DNA of 64,000 nucleotides from an uncultured Verrucomicrobiota bacterium (GCA_964395275.1 CAYNBQ010000004.1:504-64503); one strand, 5' to 3'; shown: positions 19,228 to 29,538, counted from the stretch's first letter. Notes: generated by a model not told the origin, from the sequence alone. Numbers and translations are program-made.

Positions 19228-20664
19228 TCAGCCTCGTCGGTTCTCCAGTTCCGGGACCAGGGCCTCCAGGATCGCCTCCGGCTGCGCCCCGCGCGATCCC
19301 TTGATCAACACGGCGTCGCCCGGGACCATCTCGTCCAGGAGACGTCGGGCCGCCTCCCGGTTCGTCTCCACGGCCTCGGCGCGCAGCGCGCTTCCCGAGA
19401 CGCCGGCGCTCTCGGCCGCCGCCCGGGCCGCCCCCACCGCCAGCAGCCAGTCGACGCCCAGCAGCGCCGCCTGCCGCCCGACCCGCCGATGCCATTCGTC
19501 CGCCCCGGGCCCCAGCTCGAGCATCTCGCAGACGACCGCGATCCGCCGTCCCGCCACCGGCAGCTCCGACAGCGTCCGCAGGGCCGATTCCATCGATTGC
19601 GGATTGCTGTTGTAACAGTCCGCGTAGATCGTGACCCCCCCGACGGTCCGGATGTCCGACCGCAGGGCCGGCAGGGTCGCCCGCGCGATTCCGTCCAGGT
19701 ACGATTCGATCGGCACCTCGAAATGATGTCCCACCGCCGCCGCCGCCAGGGCGTTCAGGATGTTGAACCGCCCCGGATACGGCAGGTGCACCCGCGTGGT
19801 CGTTCCGTCGGGCAGATGGAGGAGGAAACTCGACATCTCCCAGTTCATCTCCACGCGGGAGGCGCGGAACTCCGCCCGGCGATCGAAGCCGAAACTCAAC
19901 ACCGGCGCCCCGGCGCGCCCGAAGAAATACGCGAACCAGTCGTCGTCGTACGGAAGAACCGCCGCGCCCTCCGGCGGCAGATGGCGGATGGCCGTCGATT
20001 TCTCGCGCGCCACGCCTTCTTCGTCGCCGAAGAACTCCAGGTGCGCCGGACCGACCCCCGTGATCACCGCCAGGTCCGGGCGGCAGATCTCCACCAGCGC
20101 GGCGAGTTCGCCGGGGTGATTCGTCCCGGCCTCGATCACCGCGTATTCCTCGTCGACCAGCTCCAGCAGAGTCAGCGGCACGCCGATCTCGTTGTTCCGG
20201 TTGCCCCGCGTCTTGAGAACGTGGCCGACCGTCCCGAGAACGGAGGCGGTGAACTCCTTCGTGGTCGTCTTGCCGCAACTGCCGGTCACCAGCACCACCC
20301 GCACGTCGCATGACCGGCGGTGGGCCGCCGCCAGCCGCTGCATCGCGCGCAGCGGATCGTCCACCACGTAGAAGGGCAACGCGCGCGGCAGGTCCGCCGC
20401 CCGGGAACGATCGACCACCGCCGCGGCCGCACCCGCCTCCGCGGCTTCCAGCAGGTAGTCGTGCCCGTCGAACCTCGGTCCGCGCAGCGCCACGAAGAGG
20501 TCGCCCGGGCGAAGCGTCCGGGTGTCGATGCTGATCCCCCGGACCGGCTGCCGGACCGTTCCCTGCAGATCCCCCTCCAGCCGGTCGGCGAGCGTCTGCG
20601 CATCCTGCGCCCATGTCGGCATCCGTTTTCTCGAAGCCCCCCTGCGTTGGTCCACCGCTCTCAT
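19228..20664 (-). CDS. murF: UDP-N-acetylmuramoyl-tripeptide--D-alanyl-D-alanine ligase MurF
   Basis: Mur ligase with VTGSCGKTTTKE and the MurF-type GNRNNEIGVPLTLL motif. Start is ATG 20664 (AGGGAG RBS) or the ATG at 20685 that overlaps the ftsI stop (ATGA). The ORF-track N-terminus (to 21927) overlaps ftsI and is spurious. Confidence 0.9.
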   Translation of the reverse strand: MRAVDQRRGASRKRMPTWAQDAQTLADRLEGDLQGTVRQPVRGISIDTRTLRPGDLFVALRGPRFDGHDYLLEAAEAGAAAAVVDRSRAADLPRALPFYVVDDPLRAMQRLAAAHRRSCDVRVVLVTGSCGKTTTKEFTASVLGTVGHVLKTRGNRNNEIGVPLTLLELVDEEYAVIEAGTNHPGELAALVEICRPDLAVITGVGPAHLEFFGDEEGVAREKSTAIRHLPPEGAAVLPYDDDWFAYFFGRAGAPVLSFGFDRRAEFRASRVEMNWEMSSFLLHLPDGTTTRVHLPYPGRFNILNALAAAAVGHHFEVPIESYLDGIARATLPALRSDIRTVGGVTIYADCYNSNPQSMESALRTLSELPVAGRRIAVVCEMLELGPGADEWHRRVGRQAALLGVDWLLAVGAARAAAESAGVSGSALRAEAVETNREAARRLLDEMVPGDAVLIKGSRGAQPEAILEALVPELENRRG

Positions 20665-20681
20665 CATTTCACCCGCTCCCT

Positions 20682-22463
20682 TCATTTCAAGGCCAGCTTC
20701 AAGTTTTCCCTGGCAGGGGGAATCCCGAGGTATTTCATGATCCGATAGGCGATCTCCCGGAAGATCGGCGCGGCGGTCTTCCCGCCGTACATGGAGGTCC
20801 TGGGCTCGTCGAGAACGACCACGATGCAGACGACCGGGTTCTGCGCCGGAACGAACCCGACGAACGAGGCGACGTGCCGGGTGCGCGAATACCGGCCGTC
20901 GACCAGCTTCTGGCTGGTGCCGGTCTTGCCCGCCACCGGATAGCCCCGCAGGGCGGCGGCCTCGGCCGTCCCCTCGGCGGAGGCAACCCGCATCATCGGA
21001 CGCAGCATCAGCGCCGCGGTCCGCTCGTCGATCACCCGCCGGATCGGCTTCGGAGGATAGGTCCGCAACACCCGTTCGTCCGGATCGCGCAGTTCCCGCA
21101 CGATCCGCGGCTGCATCAGGATCCCCCCGTTCGCCACCGCCGAGAAGGCCATGGCCATTTGCAGCGGGGTGACGTCCACCTCGTGTCCCATCGGAATCCG
21201 GGTGATGGAAATCCCCGACCACCGGGAAACCGGATGCAGCATGCCGGCCACCTCGCCCGGCAACTGGACGCCGGTCTTCGCCCCGAAGCCAAACCGCCGC
21301 AGGTAGTCGTACAGGCGCCGCGCCCCGAGCCGCAACGCGATCTTGGCCGCCCCGATGTTGCTCGAATGCACCAGGATGTCTTCCGCACTGAGCATCCCGT
21401 AGCTGTGGTGATCGTGCAGGATCCGGCGGTTGTAGAGAAAATAGCCGTTCTCGCAGTCGAACTGCTGATCCAGGGTCACCACCCCGTCGTTGAGCGCCGC
21501 GGCCAGGGTGAAGACCTTGAACGTCGAACCGGGCTCGTAGCGGTCCGTGATGGCCCGGTTCCGGCGGGCCTCCGCCGGGGAAGCGCCCGGGGCGTTCGGA
21601 TCGAACGCCGGCCGGTTGGCCATCGCCAGGATCTCGCCGGTGCGCGGATCGACGACCACGACCGTCCCCGCGCGCGGACCGTGTTCCTCCATGCCGAGGT
21701 CGAGCTCGGTCTCCACGATGTGCTGGATGACCTCGTCGATCGTCAGCACCACCGTGCAGCCGTTGCGGGCCTCGACGTGGGCGGCGCGGCTCGGCAGGAT
21801 TTCCCGGCGCAGCCGGTCGCGCTCCGTCACCGTCCAGCCGGGCAATCCCTGGAGCGGATCGTCCATCGCCAGCTCGATCCCCTCCACCCCGCGCTGCTTG
21901 TAATCCACGAACCCCAGCACGTGGCACAACGCGACGCCCTGGGGGTAGACCCGGACCGGTTCCTGCCGGAAGAAGAGCCCCGGCAGTCCCAGATCCCGGA
22001 TCCGTTCGGCCTCCTCCGGATCCATCCGGCGTTTCACGTAGACGAAGCGCCGGCCGCTCGTCAGGCGCCGTTCCAGAAGATCCCGGTCGACGTCCAGCTC
22101 TTCCGAAAGCCGGGCGGCCATCGCCAGGGCCTGCTCGCGGCTCAGTTGCGACGGATCCGCGCAGAGCGTCTCGGCCACCCCCGAGATCGCCAGAACCTGT
22201 TCGTTCCGATCGAGAATATGACCCCTTCTCGCACGAGTTTCCTGGATCGTTCGGCGCGTTCGATTCGCCTCGGCGAGAAGGGGTTCATGTTGGAGGGCTT
22301 GGAGGGTGATGAGTTTCGCGCCGACCGAGATGAAAGCCGCCAGTACGGCCAGGGCAACCAGCGCGGCCCGGATGCGGTGTGCGGGGCGGAGGCCCGATTG
22401 AATTCGGATTCCATCGGACGATCTGCCTTTCGATCTTCCGCCTGCACCAGTTCTCCGGGCCAC
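20682..22463 (-). CDS. ftsI: Peptidoglycan D,D-transpeptidase FtsI (PBP3-like class B PBP)
   Basis: TM anchor, PBP dimer domain and transpeptidase motifs (STFK, SSN, KTGT). Confidence 0.9.
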   Translation of the reverse strand: MARRTGAGGRSKGRSSDGIRIQSGLRPAHRIRAALVALAVLAAFISVGAKLITLQALQHEPLLAEANRTRRTIQETRARRGHILDRNEQVLAISGVAETLCADPSQLSREQALAMAARLSEELDVDRDLLERRLTSGRRFVYVKRRMDPEEAERIRDLGLPGLFFRQEPVRVYPQGVALCHVLGFVDYKQRGVEGIELAMDDPLQGLPGWTVTERDRLRREILPSRAAHVEARNGCTVVLTIDEVIQHIVETELDLGMEEHGPRAGTVVVVDPRTGEILAMANRPAFDPNAPGASPAEARRNRAITDRYEPGSTFKVFTLAAALNDGVVTLDQQFDCENGYFLYNRRILHDHHSYGMLSAEDILVHSSNIGAAKIALRLGARRLYDYLRRFGFGAKTGVQLPGEVAGMLHPVSRWSGISITRIPMGHEVDVTPLQMAMAFSAVANGGILMQPRIVRELRDPDERVLRTYPPKPIRRVIDERTAALMLRPMMRVASAEGTAEAAALRGYPVAGKTGTSQKLVDGRYSRTRHVASFVGFVPAQNPVVCIVVVLDEPRTSMYGGKTAAPIFREIAYRIMKYLGIPPARENLKLALK

Positions 22464-22475
22464 CGTCGGCCCTCC

Positions 22476-22865
22476 CTATCGCAGTTGCGCCAGCCGTGTT
22501 TGTTCTTCTTCGATCACGTTGCCCACCGGTTCCCAGACCAGCACCGTGTGCGCGTCGTCCGGGACCCGGAGATCCAGCCCGAACTCGCGAAGTTTCCGAT
22601 CGAGGCTCCGCGGGGATTCCAGGGTGAAGACGCGCGCCTGGTTTCGCGTGTTCGTCTCCCGCCAGGTCTCCAGTTCCCGGTTCAGGTTCTGGATCTCCAG
22701 ACCCAGCTGGTAGGCCTCGTTGACCAGCCAGACGTAGGCGAGTGCGACCAACGCGCCGCCCCCCAGCAGGAGCCCGAGACGGGTCATCAACCGCCCCCGT
22801 ACCACGGATCCGCTCCGGGCGCGGGAGGTCCTACGCGAACGCCGACTCGATCTTTGCCGCGTCAT
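22476..22865 (-). CDS. ftsL: Cell division protein FtsL-like (small bitopic coiled-coil protein)
   Basis: Position between rsmH and ftsI. One TM (LGLLLGGGALVALAYVWLV) followed by a coiled-coil-like segment. The real start may be internal (~22787), since 22865 overlaps rsmH. Confidence 0.55.
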   Translation of the reverse strand: MTRQRSSRRSRRTSRARSGSVVRGRLMTRLGLLLGGGALVALAYVWLVNEAYQLGLEIQNLNRELETWRETNTRNQARVFTLESPRSLDRKLREFGLDLRVPDDAHTVLVWEPVGNVIEEEQTRLAQLR

Positions 22866-23874
22866 CGATCATCGCCTCCGTCGGTTCCCCGATCTTTTCC
22901 GCCACTCGAAACCGCGCGCTTCTCGCACGCGGGTTGTCCCTCAGTTCCGCCTCCCCCGGCTTCACCGCCCGCCGGGTGCGCCGGAGGAACGCCGGCGACC
23001 GCCCGCAAACGCAGACCGGCGATTCCGGTCCGCAGATGCAAGGGCTCTCCATCCTCGTCATGAAGCGCTTCACCATCCTGTCCTCGAGGCTGTGATACGC
23101 GATCACCCCCAGCCGTCCCCCGGTGGCCAGCCGGCATGCCGCCGCGGCCAGCGCGCGGGACAACGATCCCAGTTCGTCGTTGACGGCGATCCGCAGGGCC
23201 TGGAAGACCCGCGTGGCCGGATGCCGGCGCCCCCGCCGGGGCGAAACCGATTCGACCAGCTCCGCCAGCTGCCGGGTCGTCTCGATCGGCTTCTTCTCCC
23301 GGGCGCGGACGATCGCCGCGGCGATCCTTCCGGCGGCCGGTTCCTCCCCGTAGCGCCGGAGAATCCGCGCGATTTCCCGGCGGTCCCATTCGGCCAGCAG
23401 CTCCCGGGCGGGCCGTCCCCGGTCCGGGTCGAACCGGAGATCCAGCGGCCCGTCCCGCAGGAACGAGAAGCCGCGCGAGGGGTCGTCCACGTGGATCGAA
23501 CAGAGACCCAGGTCGAGCAGGATGCCGTCGACCCGGTCCAGGCCGATCTCCGAGAGGATCGCGGCCAGATCCCCGAAATCCCCCCGCACCAGGCGCAGCC
23601 TGGGTTCGACCCCTTCCAGCGCGAAGCGCGCAAGATCCAACGCCCCCGGATCCAGATCGATCCCGACCAGGACCCCGCCGGTCCCCAGCCGTTCGGCCAG
23701 GGCCCGCGCATGGCCGCCGGCCCCCAGGGTGCCGTCGACGAATCGCTCTCCCGGCCGCGGAGCGAGAAGCTCCACGACCTCGGCGAGCAGGACTGGTTTG
23801 TGAAAGATCGTCCCCGTGCCGCCCTCGCCGGCGACCGTCCCCGCCCGACCGCATGGGCGGCCTCCCATTTCCAT
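22831..23874 (-). CDS. rsmH: 16S rRNA (cytosine1402-N4)-methyltransferase RsmH (MraW)
   Basis: HKPVLLAEVVELL…VDGTLGAGGHA SAM-binding region and a conserved C-terminal region. Start uncertain within the first ~10 codons. Confidence 0.9.
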   Translation of the reverse strand: MEMGGRPCGRAGTVAGEGGTGTIFHKPVLLAEVVELLAPRPGERFVDGTLGAGGHARALAERLGTGGVLVGIDLDPGALDLARFALEGVEPRLRLVRGDFGDLAAILSEIGLDRVDGILLDLGLCSIHVDDPSRGFSFLRDGPLDLRFDPDRGRPARELLAEWDRREIARILRRYGEEPAAGRIAAAIVRAREKKPIETTRQLAELVESVSPRRGRRHPATRVFQALRIAVNDELGSLSRALAAAACRLATGGRLGVIAYHSLEDRMVKRFMTRMESPCICGPESPVCVCGRSPAFLRRTRRAVKPGEAELRDNPRARSARFRVAEKIGEPTEAMIDDAAKIESAFA

Positions 23875-23883
23875 CCCCCCGTC

Positions 23884-24315
23884 TCAGATCCCCAGCTGCC
23901 GCGCCGTCTCCTCGAACCCGGGACGGCGCATCTCTTCGAGTTCCGCGAAACGCCGGGGATCCCAGATTTCGAACTGGTTGATCAACCCGACGAGCAGGAC
24001 TTCCCCATCAAGCCCGGCGTGCTGGATATGCTCGCGGCTCAGCGTCATCCGTCCCTGCCCGTCGCAACGGGTCGACTCCATCTGGGAGCCGTAGAGACGG
24101 ATGAAGTCCCAGCGTTCCGCGTCCCCGAGTTTCAACGAGTCCAGCTTCTCGTAGATCCGTTGAATCCCCTCCGGAGGCATGACGGTGAGCGATGCGCGTC
24201 CGACGGTGGGCACGACGAACAATTCGCGGTCCTCGTCGGGTTTCGGACGCCACTTGGGCGGGAGAACGATGCGATGGTTCCCGTCGATCCCGCGAAGGAA
24301 CCGTCCGGCGAACAC
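23884..24315 (-). CDS. mraZ: Transcriptional regulator MraZ
   Basis: Duplicated MraZ fold (FAGRFLRGIDGNHRIVLPPKWR… / …GRMTLSREHIQHAGLDGEVLLVG). GTG start at 24315, with GGGAGG ~10 nt upstream. The ORF-track start at 24393 is probably too long. Confidence 0.8.
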   Translation of the reverse strand: MFAGRFLRGIDGNHRIVLPPKWRPKPDEDRELFVVPTVGRASLTVMPPEGIQRIYEKLDSLKLGDAERWDFIRLYGSQMESTRCDGQGRMTLSREHIQHAGLDGEVLLVGLINQFEIWDPRRFAELEEMRRPGFEETARQLGI

Positions 24316-24591
24316 GCGCCGTATCCCTCCCCCCGGCCTCCATGGCGCACCAGCTTCCACCATATTCCTCCAAATCGCCCCATTTCCTACCAAACCCCGC
24401 CAGACCGTGTCAACGCTCCTCCATCACTTTTCCCCGAAATTTTCCGGCCCCCAAAATCCCCCCGACCCCGTTTCCAGGGTTGCCTTCCACCCCCGCCTTT
24501 CCCACCCTACCCGCTGCCGATCGCCCCGGACACCGGTCCAACCCGGCCCCGGTCGCACCGGCCTTGCGGAACCACAGGAGGAATCCATCCG

Positions 24592-25629
24592 ATGCCCAGG
24601 AACGCCAAGTCCCAGACCATCCGTACCGCCGTCGTCGGCTACGGCGGCGCCTACAACATGGGCAAGGCCCACGCCACCGCCGTCCGCAACACCCCCGGCC
24701 TCTCCCTCGTCGCCGTCTGCGACCTCGATCCCGAACGCACCCGCGCCGCCCAGCAGGACTGGCCCGGAATCGACGTCTTCACCGACGTCGCCGAGATGCT
24801 CGCCCGCGACGACATCGATCTGGCCGTCTTCGTCACCCCCCACAACACCCACGCACCCCTCGCCGTCCAGGCCCTCCAGGCCGGCAAACACGCCATCGTC
24901 GAAAAGCCCATGTGCATCACCGCCCGCGAGGCCACCGAGATGATCGAGGCCGCCCGCCAGAACCACCGGATGCTCAGCGTCTACCACAACCGGCGATGGG
25001 ACGGGGATTACTTGACCGTGCGCGGCATCGCCGAACGCGGCATCCTCGGAAAGATCTTCCTCGTCGAAATGGCCGTCGGCGGCTTCGGCCGCGCCGGAGG
25101 GTGGCGCGCCGAAAAGGAAATCTCCGGAGGCGGGCTCTACGACTGGGGCGCCCACCTCGTCGACTGGACCCTGAACCTCATCCCCAGCCGCGTCGAAAAC
25201 GTGAACGGCTTCTTCTACGACGGCGTCCACAAGCAGACGATCGAAGACCACACCCGCGTCTCGATCCGATTCGAGAACGGCGCCAGCGCCGATATCCAGG
25301 TCTCCCACATCGCCTGGGTCGGCAAGCCGAAATGGAGGGTCCTCGGCGAGAAGGGCGGCCTGATCGACACGCCCCGCGAACAGCCCCCCTGCGCCACGAT
25401 CCGCACCTCCGTCAAGGGATTCAACGGCGAACTGAAGATCCCCTACGGGCCGACCCGCTACCAGGACTTCTACCGCGGCATCTCCGAACACCTGCGCCAC
25501 GGCAAACCCGTCCCCGTGCGTCCCGAGGACGCCCGGCGGGTCATCGCCGTCATCGAGGCCGCCGGCAAGTCCAACCGCAGCGGCCGCGCCGAGGCCGTTC
25601 CCTACGAGGACGAGGTCGCCGTCGACTGA
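24592..25629 (+). CDS. Gfo/Idh/MocA family NAD(P)-dependent oxidoreductase
   Basis: Rossmann N-terminus (IRTAVVGYGGAYNMGKAH) and GFO_IDH_MocA C-terminal domain. It is the 3' part of ORF 23092..25629; ATG at 24592 follows a pyrimidine-rich intergenic region shared with divergent mraZ. Confidence 0.9.
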   Translation: MPRNAKSQTIRTAVVGYGGAYNMGKAHATAVRNTPGLSLVAVCDLDPERTRAAQQDWPGIDVFTDVAEMLARDDIDLAVFVTPHNTHAPLAVQALQAGKHAIVEKPMCITAREATEMIEAARQNHRMLSVYHNRRWDGDYLTVRGIAERGILGKIFLVEMAVGGFGRAGGWRAEKEISGGGLYDWGAHLVDWTLNLIPSRVENVNGFFYDGVHKQTIEDHTRVSIRFENGASADIQVSHIAWVGKPKWRVLGEKGGLIDTPREQPPCATIRTSVKGFNGELKIPYGPTRYQDFYRGISEHLRHGKPVPVRPEDARRVIAVIEAAGKSNRSGRAEAVPYEDEVAVD

Positions 25630-25653
25630 GGAAAAAGGGGACCCGTCCCCTTT

Positions 25654-28600
25654 TTATTTTCTTGCGGGACGCAGTTCGATCCGCAGGACGCCGGCGGGCA
25701 CCTCCAGGCAGACGGTTCCGCCTTCCGCCGCCAGCGGAAGATCCTCGGGGCTCCGGCCGGGATCCGCGAAGACCGCCGTCGCCCGGCATCCCTCCGGGCC
25801 GACGCCGCCGGGCAACCGGCCCGCCGGCAACTCCACCCGGAACGCCGGTTCCCCCGGCAACGGCGTCAGCCGGAGAACCCCGTCCCCGGAATCGGGCGGC
25901 GCCAGGAGAAACGCCCCGTTCGTCCGCAGGTCCCCGAACCGGATCATCTTCCGCTCGCGGTTCCAGCGGATCGGTCGCGCCTTGACACCCCCGGCGCCGG
26001 CCGGACGCCAGTGCGAAACCCGCAGGCGCCCCCCGTCCCCGCGGTCGATCCGGAATTCCCCGAGCGGGATCCGCCGGTCCTGCGGGGATGTGCCCGCCGG
26101 CCAGAGACGCCGATCCGTCTCCGGGTTCCACATTCCCGCAAGGATCCGGTACCGGCCCGGCCCGACGTCGTCGGGCACCGTTCCGCTCGCCGTCAGGAGG
26201 ACCTTCTCCGGCCACTCGGCCGAGTCGGGCGCCCCCGGCGCGCCGAGCTGGAAGAGGATTCCGGCGCGGCCGGAATCCGGATCCGCCGCCTCGACATGCA
26301 CGAAGGGGACAAACCCCGCCGGCATCGGCCGGCCGACCCGGAAGGACAGCACCAGCGCGATTCCGTTTCCTTCCGCGCCCGTCGCGCGCAATCCCCTTGC
26401 GCGGATCCAGATCGGGAACCGCGGGTCGGGATCCCGTCCCCGCGCGTTCACGTAGATCCGCCCGTCGGGCCGGCCCGACGATTCGACGATCACCCCGTCC
26501 CGCCGGACCAGTTCGCTCCACCAGTCCGCGCCCCGGGCCGCGAACCCGTACGGGGGAAGCACATCGCCCGTCGGCGTCTTCCAGTCGCGCGCCCCGTCCC
26601 GGTTCACCGCGACCGTCACGATTTCCCCGCCGCCGTCCGCAGGAATCTCCCAGGTCACGATCTGCCGTCGGAGATCGCCCCCGTCGAACCGCACCTCCCG
26701 CACCGACGCACCGCCCAACGCCCGCGCCGCCGGATCGGTCAGCCAGAAATGCCGGACGGTGTTTCGTCCGAAGGCCCGGTCGGTCATGCCCGGATGTCCG
26801 CAGAGGATCTCCGTGGCGATGTAGTCGTCGCTGCCGACCCCGTGATCGATCCGGTCCAGCCCGCCCCGGAACCGTTCGGGATATCCCGCCCCGTGCAGGA
26901 CGAACCGGTCGTGCCAGACGAGATCGATCCACGGAACCCGCGCCGCGGCCTCGCATGGGATCGGCCAGGTCCACTCGGGTTGGGAGGCGTCGACCCGCAG
27001 ATGCTGCGCCTGCGCCCCGTCGAGCGTGCCGATCAACTGATCGTGTCCGGATTCGCTGATCTGCGGGGCGCCGTCGAGGCTCTCGCGCAATACGCGGAAC
27101 GCCTCCGCCCAGCGGTCGCGGGTCTCGACCTGCGAATGGTACGCCCCTTCGCGATCGAACCATCCCATCGGCATCCGCGATGCGAAGACGTCGACGAAAT
27201 AGGCGGTCGGCCCGATCCCCTCCCGGATCCGCCGGATGTTCCGCTGGAGAAACGGCAGGAACCGGTCCGGGCGGAAGAGATAGGATTGCGCGTCGCGCCC
27301 CCGGTTGTACCAGGCCTCCTGGGGACGGCCCCGCGCGTCGAACGCGACGATGTCGTAACTGAATCCGGTGCTGTCGGGGTAGATGTCGATGTAGTTGTCG
27401 TGCAACGCGAAGAGAAGATCGTTGCGATCGCAGAAATCGACCAGTTCCCGGAAATCCTCCACCGAGCCGATCTTCGGGTTCGGCGGATAGACGTCCGGCA
27501 GCCGGTAGTCGTAGCCCCACCGCTGCCAGTTGTGCCACACCACCACCGCGCGGCCCAGGCCGTACTCGAGCGCCCGTTCGAGCTGTTCGCGGACCTCCGC
27601 GGGACGCCCTCCCCAGAGGTCGAATACGAATCGTCCGCGCAACCGGTCCACGCCCGGCGACGCCTCGATTCCCGCCGTCGTCGCCCGGTAGCGGATCGCC
27701 GCCTCGAAGGGCCCGCGAATCCCCGGAACCAGCGTCCAGGTCGCCGGGCCCTCGACGCAGATCGTCGCCGTCCGTTTCGCCGGGTCGAAGACGAACCGCG
27801 AGAGGGGCAGATCCACGGCGCTGACCAGGTCGATTCCCCCCTCGTACCCCACCCCGACGAAACGGGTCGACAGGGAATGACCGTCGGCGTTGAGGACGAA
27901 GGCCTCGGGCCGCAGGATGTAGTTCCCGTCGCCGGCGGCGACGCCGTACGGAACCCGGTCGGCGGGACCGAGCCGGGTCTCGACGATGCGTCGTCCCGAG
28001 GAAACGGCGATCCGGATCCCTTCCTCCAGGGCATCGATCCGCCAGGAGACCCACGTCTCGCCCCGGCGGTCCAGCAGCGGCAGACGGATCGTGCGCGATC
28101 CGTCGGGCCGGGTCTGCACCTCGACCGTCCCCGCCGGCCGCGGTCCGCCTTCCGCGCCGACCGCGCCCGTCTCCAGGCGGACGCGGATCCCGCGAATCGC
28201 CAGATCCCGGCCGTTCCCGGCCGACACGGCGATCCAGCCGTCGACCAGTCCCAGCGTTCCGGGCCCTACCGCGATCCCGATCGGCTCCTCCCCCGCGAGA
28301 ATCCGCCGGCGCCAGAGTCCGGCAACGTCCGGACCGGGATCTCTTTCCTCCAGCGCGACCCGGGCCGCCTCGATCGCCGGGGCGGGGTCGCCCGGCGGCA
28401 GTTCGAGGGTTTCCGGGGACCGGACGTCCGGGGCCGGCTGCGGCTGATCCGGACAACCCGATTCCCAGGAGGCCAGCACTCCCGCCGATTCGGTCGCGCC
28501 ACCCAGCCTCAGCAACTCGAACGCGCCGGCGTCGCGCCAGTACGCTCCGTCCCGGGTCCCCAGAACCAGCTCGCGTTCGCGCGATCCCTCGTCGGCGTCC

Positions 28601-29538
28601 CCGACGATCACCTTGAACCCGAGTTCCGCCCCGGCGGCGGGACGAACGCCGAGCAACGGCCAGGGCACCTTCAACCACAGCCGGTATCCCCCCTCTTCGC
28701 GGAAGGTCCGGCATTCGCACCGGCACCCGCGGGGAGGATCCGGCCGGGGGCCGTCGTACCGGACCGCCCGGATCCTCGGACGATCGTCGGGACCGAAGGG
28801 AAGAATCGCCAGCACCAGATCGTCGTCGCGCAGGGGAGTCTCCCGATCCCTCGGCGCGGGATCGGCGCCCAGGTAGACCCGCACGTAATCGCTGTCCCGG
28901 AAATCCGGGCTCACCAGGTCGTCGCCGGCGATCACGTCGTCCCAGACGCGGACCACCAGGTGCAGGACCTCTTCGTCGTAAAGGACGCCGACCCTCACCT
29001 CGATTTCCGTCGAAGGACCGGCCTCGACGTTCCGGGCGAAGGCGCGGACCGCCGCGTCGACCGCCCCCTCCGGGCGGGCGGCCACCGTCACCGCGCGCGG
29101 CGGACGCCGGATCCGGGCCGGCCGGCGACACCGTACCAGCGCGATCGCGTGCAACGAGATGCGATCCGCGGAATCGGCCGAACCGACGGCCAGCCGGCCG
29201 TGAACGGGATAGAGGCCGTCGACCGTCGCCTCGCCCGGTCGAAAGACGAAAGTCTCCTCGAGGACCGATCCGGCCTTCACCGACACGGGGCGGATCGTTT
29301 CGCCCTCGGGGATCCACTCCGGCAGCGATTCAAGCCCCAGCATGCCGTCGAACCCCTCGTCGCGCTCGTTGCGGATCCGCGCGACGATCCGCACCGAATC
29401 TTCGCCGGGCCCGACCTCCGCGGGCGCCGCCAGTTCGAGGGTCACGCCGTCTTTTTCATCCACCGGCGGGTCGAAGGCCAAGGCACGAATCGAACCGACG
29501 AGCAGAAGGACCGGGATCCAGCAGGTATTCCGCAACAC
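25654..29538 (-). CDS. Very large (1294 aa) secreted protein with a putative TIM-barrel glycoside-hydrolase-like central domain
   Basis: Signal peptide (MLRNTCWIPVLLLVGSIRALA). Central region (VVVWHNWQRWGYDYRLPDVYPPNPKIGSVEDFRELVDFCDRNDLLFALHDNYIDIYPD) resembles glycoside-hydrolase catalytic cores. Exact family not assignable by eye. Confidence 0.7.
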   Translation of the reverse strand: MLRNTCWIPVLLLVGSIRALAFDPPVDEKDGVTLELAAPAEVGPGEDSVRIVARIRNERDEGFDGMLGLESLPEWIPEGETIRPVSVKAGSVLEETFVFRPGEATVDGLYPVHGRLAVGSADSADRISLHAIALVRCRRPARIRRPPRAVTVAARPEGAVDAAVRAFARNVEAGPSTEIEVRVGVLYDEEVLHLVVRVWDDVIAGDDLVSPDFRDSDYVRVYLGADPAPRDRETPLRDDDLVLAILPFGPDDRPRIRAVRYDGPRPDPPRGCRCECRTFREEGGYRLWLKVPWPLLGVRPAAGAELGFKVIVGDADEGSRERELVLGTRDGAYWRDAGAFELLRLGGATESAGVLASWESGCPDQPQPAPDVRSPETLELPPGDPAPAIEAARVALEERDPGPDVAGLWRRRILAGEEPIGIAVGPGTLGLVDGWIAVSAGNGRDLAIRGIRVRLETGAVGAEGGPRPAGTVEVQTRPDGSRTIRLPLLDRRGETWVSWRIDALEEGIRIAVSSGRRIVETRLGPADRVPYGVAAGDGNYILRPEAFVLNADGHSLSTRFVGVGYEGGIDLVSAVDLPLSRFVFDPAKRTATICVEGPATWTLVPGIRGPFEAAIRYRATTAGIEASPGVDRLRGRFVFDLWGGRPAEVREQLERALEYGLGRAVVVWHNWQRWGYDYRLPDVYPPNPKIGSVEDFRELVDFCDRNDLLFALHDNYIDIYPDSTGFSYDIVAFDARGRPQEAWYNRGRDAQSYLFRPDRFLPFLQRNIRRIREGIGPTAYFVDVFASRMPMGWFDREGAYHSQVETRDRWAEAFRVLRESLDGAPQISESGHDQLIGTLDGAQAQHLRVDASQPEWTWPIPCEAAARVPWIDLVWHDRFVLHGAGYPERFRGGLDRIDHGVGSDDYIATEILCGHPGMTDRAFGRNTVRHFWLTDPAARALGGASVREVRFDGGDLRRQIVTWEIPADGGGEIVTVAVNRDGARDWKTPTGDVLPPYGFAARGADWWSELVRRDGVIVESSGRPDGRIYVNARGRDPDPRFPIWIRARGLRATGAEGNGIALVLSFRVGRPMPAGFVPFVHVEAADPDSGRAGILFQLGAPGAPDSAEWPEKVLLTASGTVPDDVGPGRYRILAGMWNPETDRRLWPAGTSPQDRRIPLGEFRIDRGDGGRLRVSHWRPAGAGGVKARPIRWNRERKMIRFGDLRTNGAFLLAPPDSGDGVLRLTPLPGEPAFRVELPAGRLPGGVGPEGCRATAVFADPGRSPEDLPLAAEGGTVCLEVPAGVLRIELRPARK

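Noticed and set aside
23092-25629. 845-aa plus-strand ORF as one gene
   Set aside because: Only the 3' portion (24592-25629, Gfo/Idh/MocA) is protein-like. The upstream portion is antisense to rsmH/mraZ and crosses the intergenic region.
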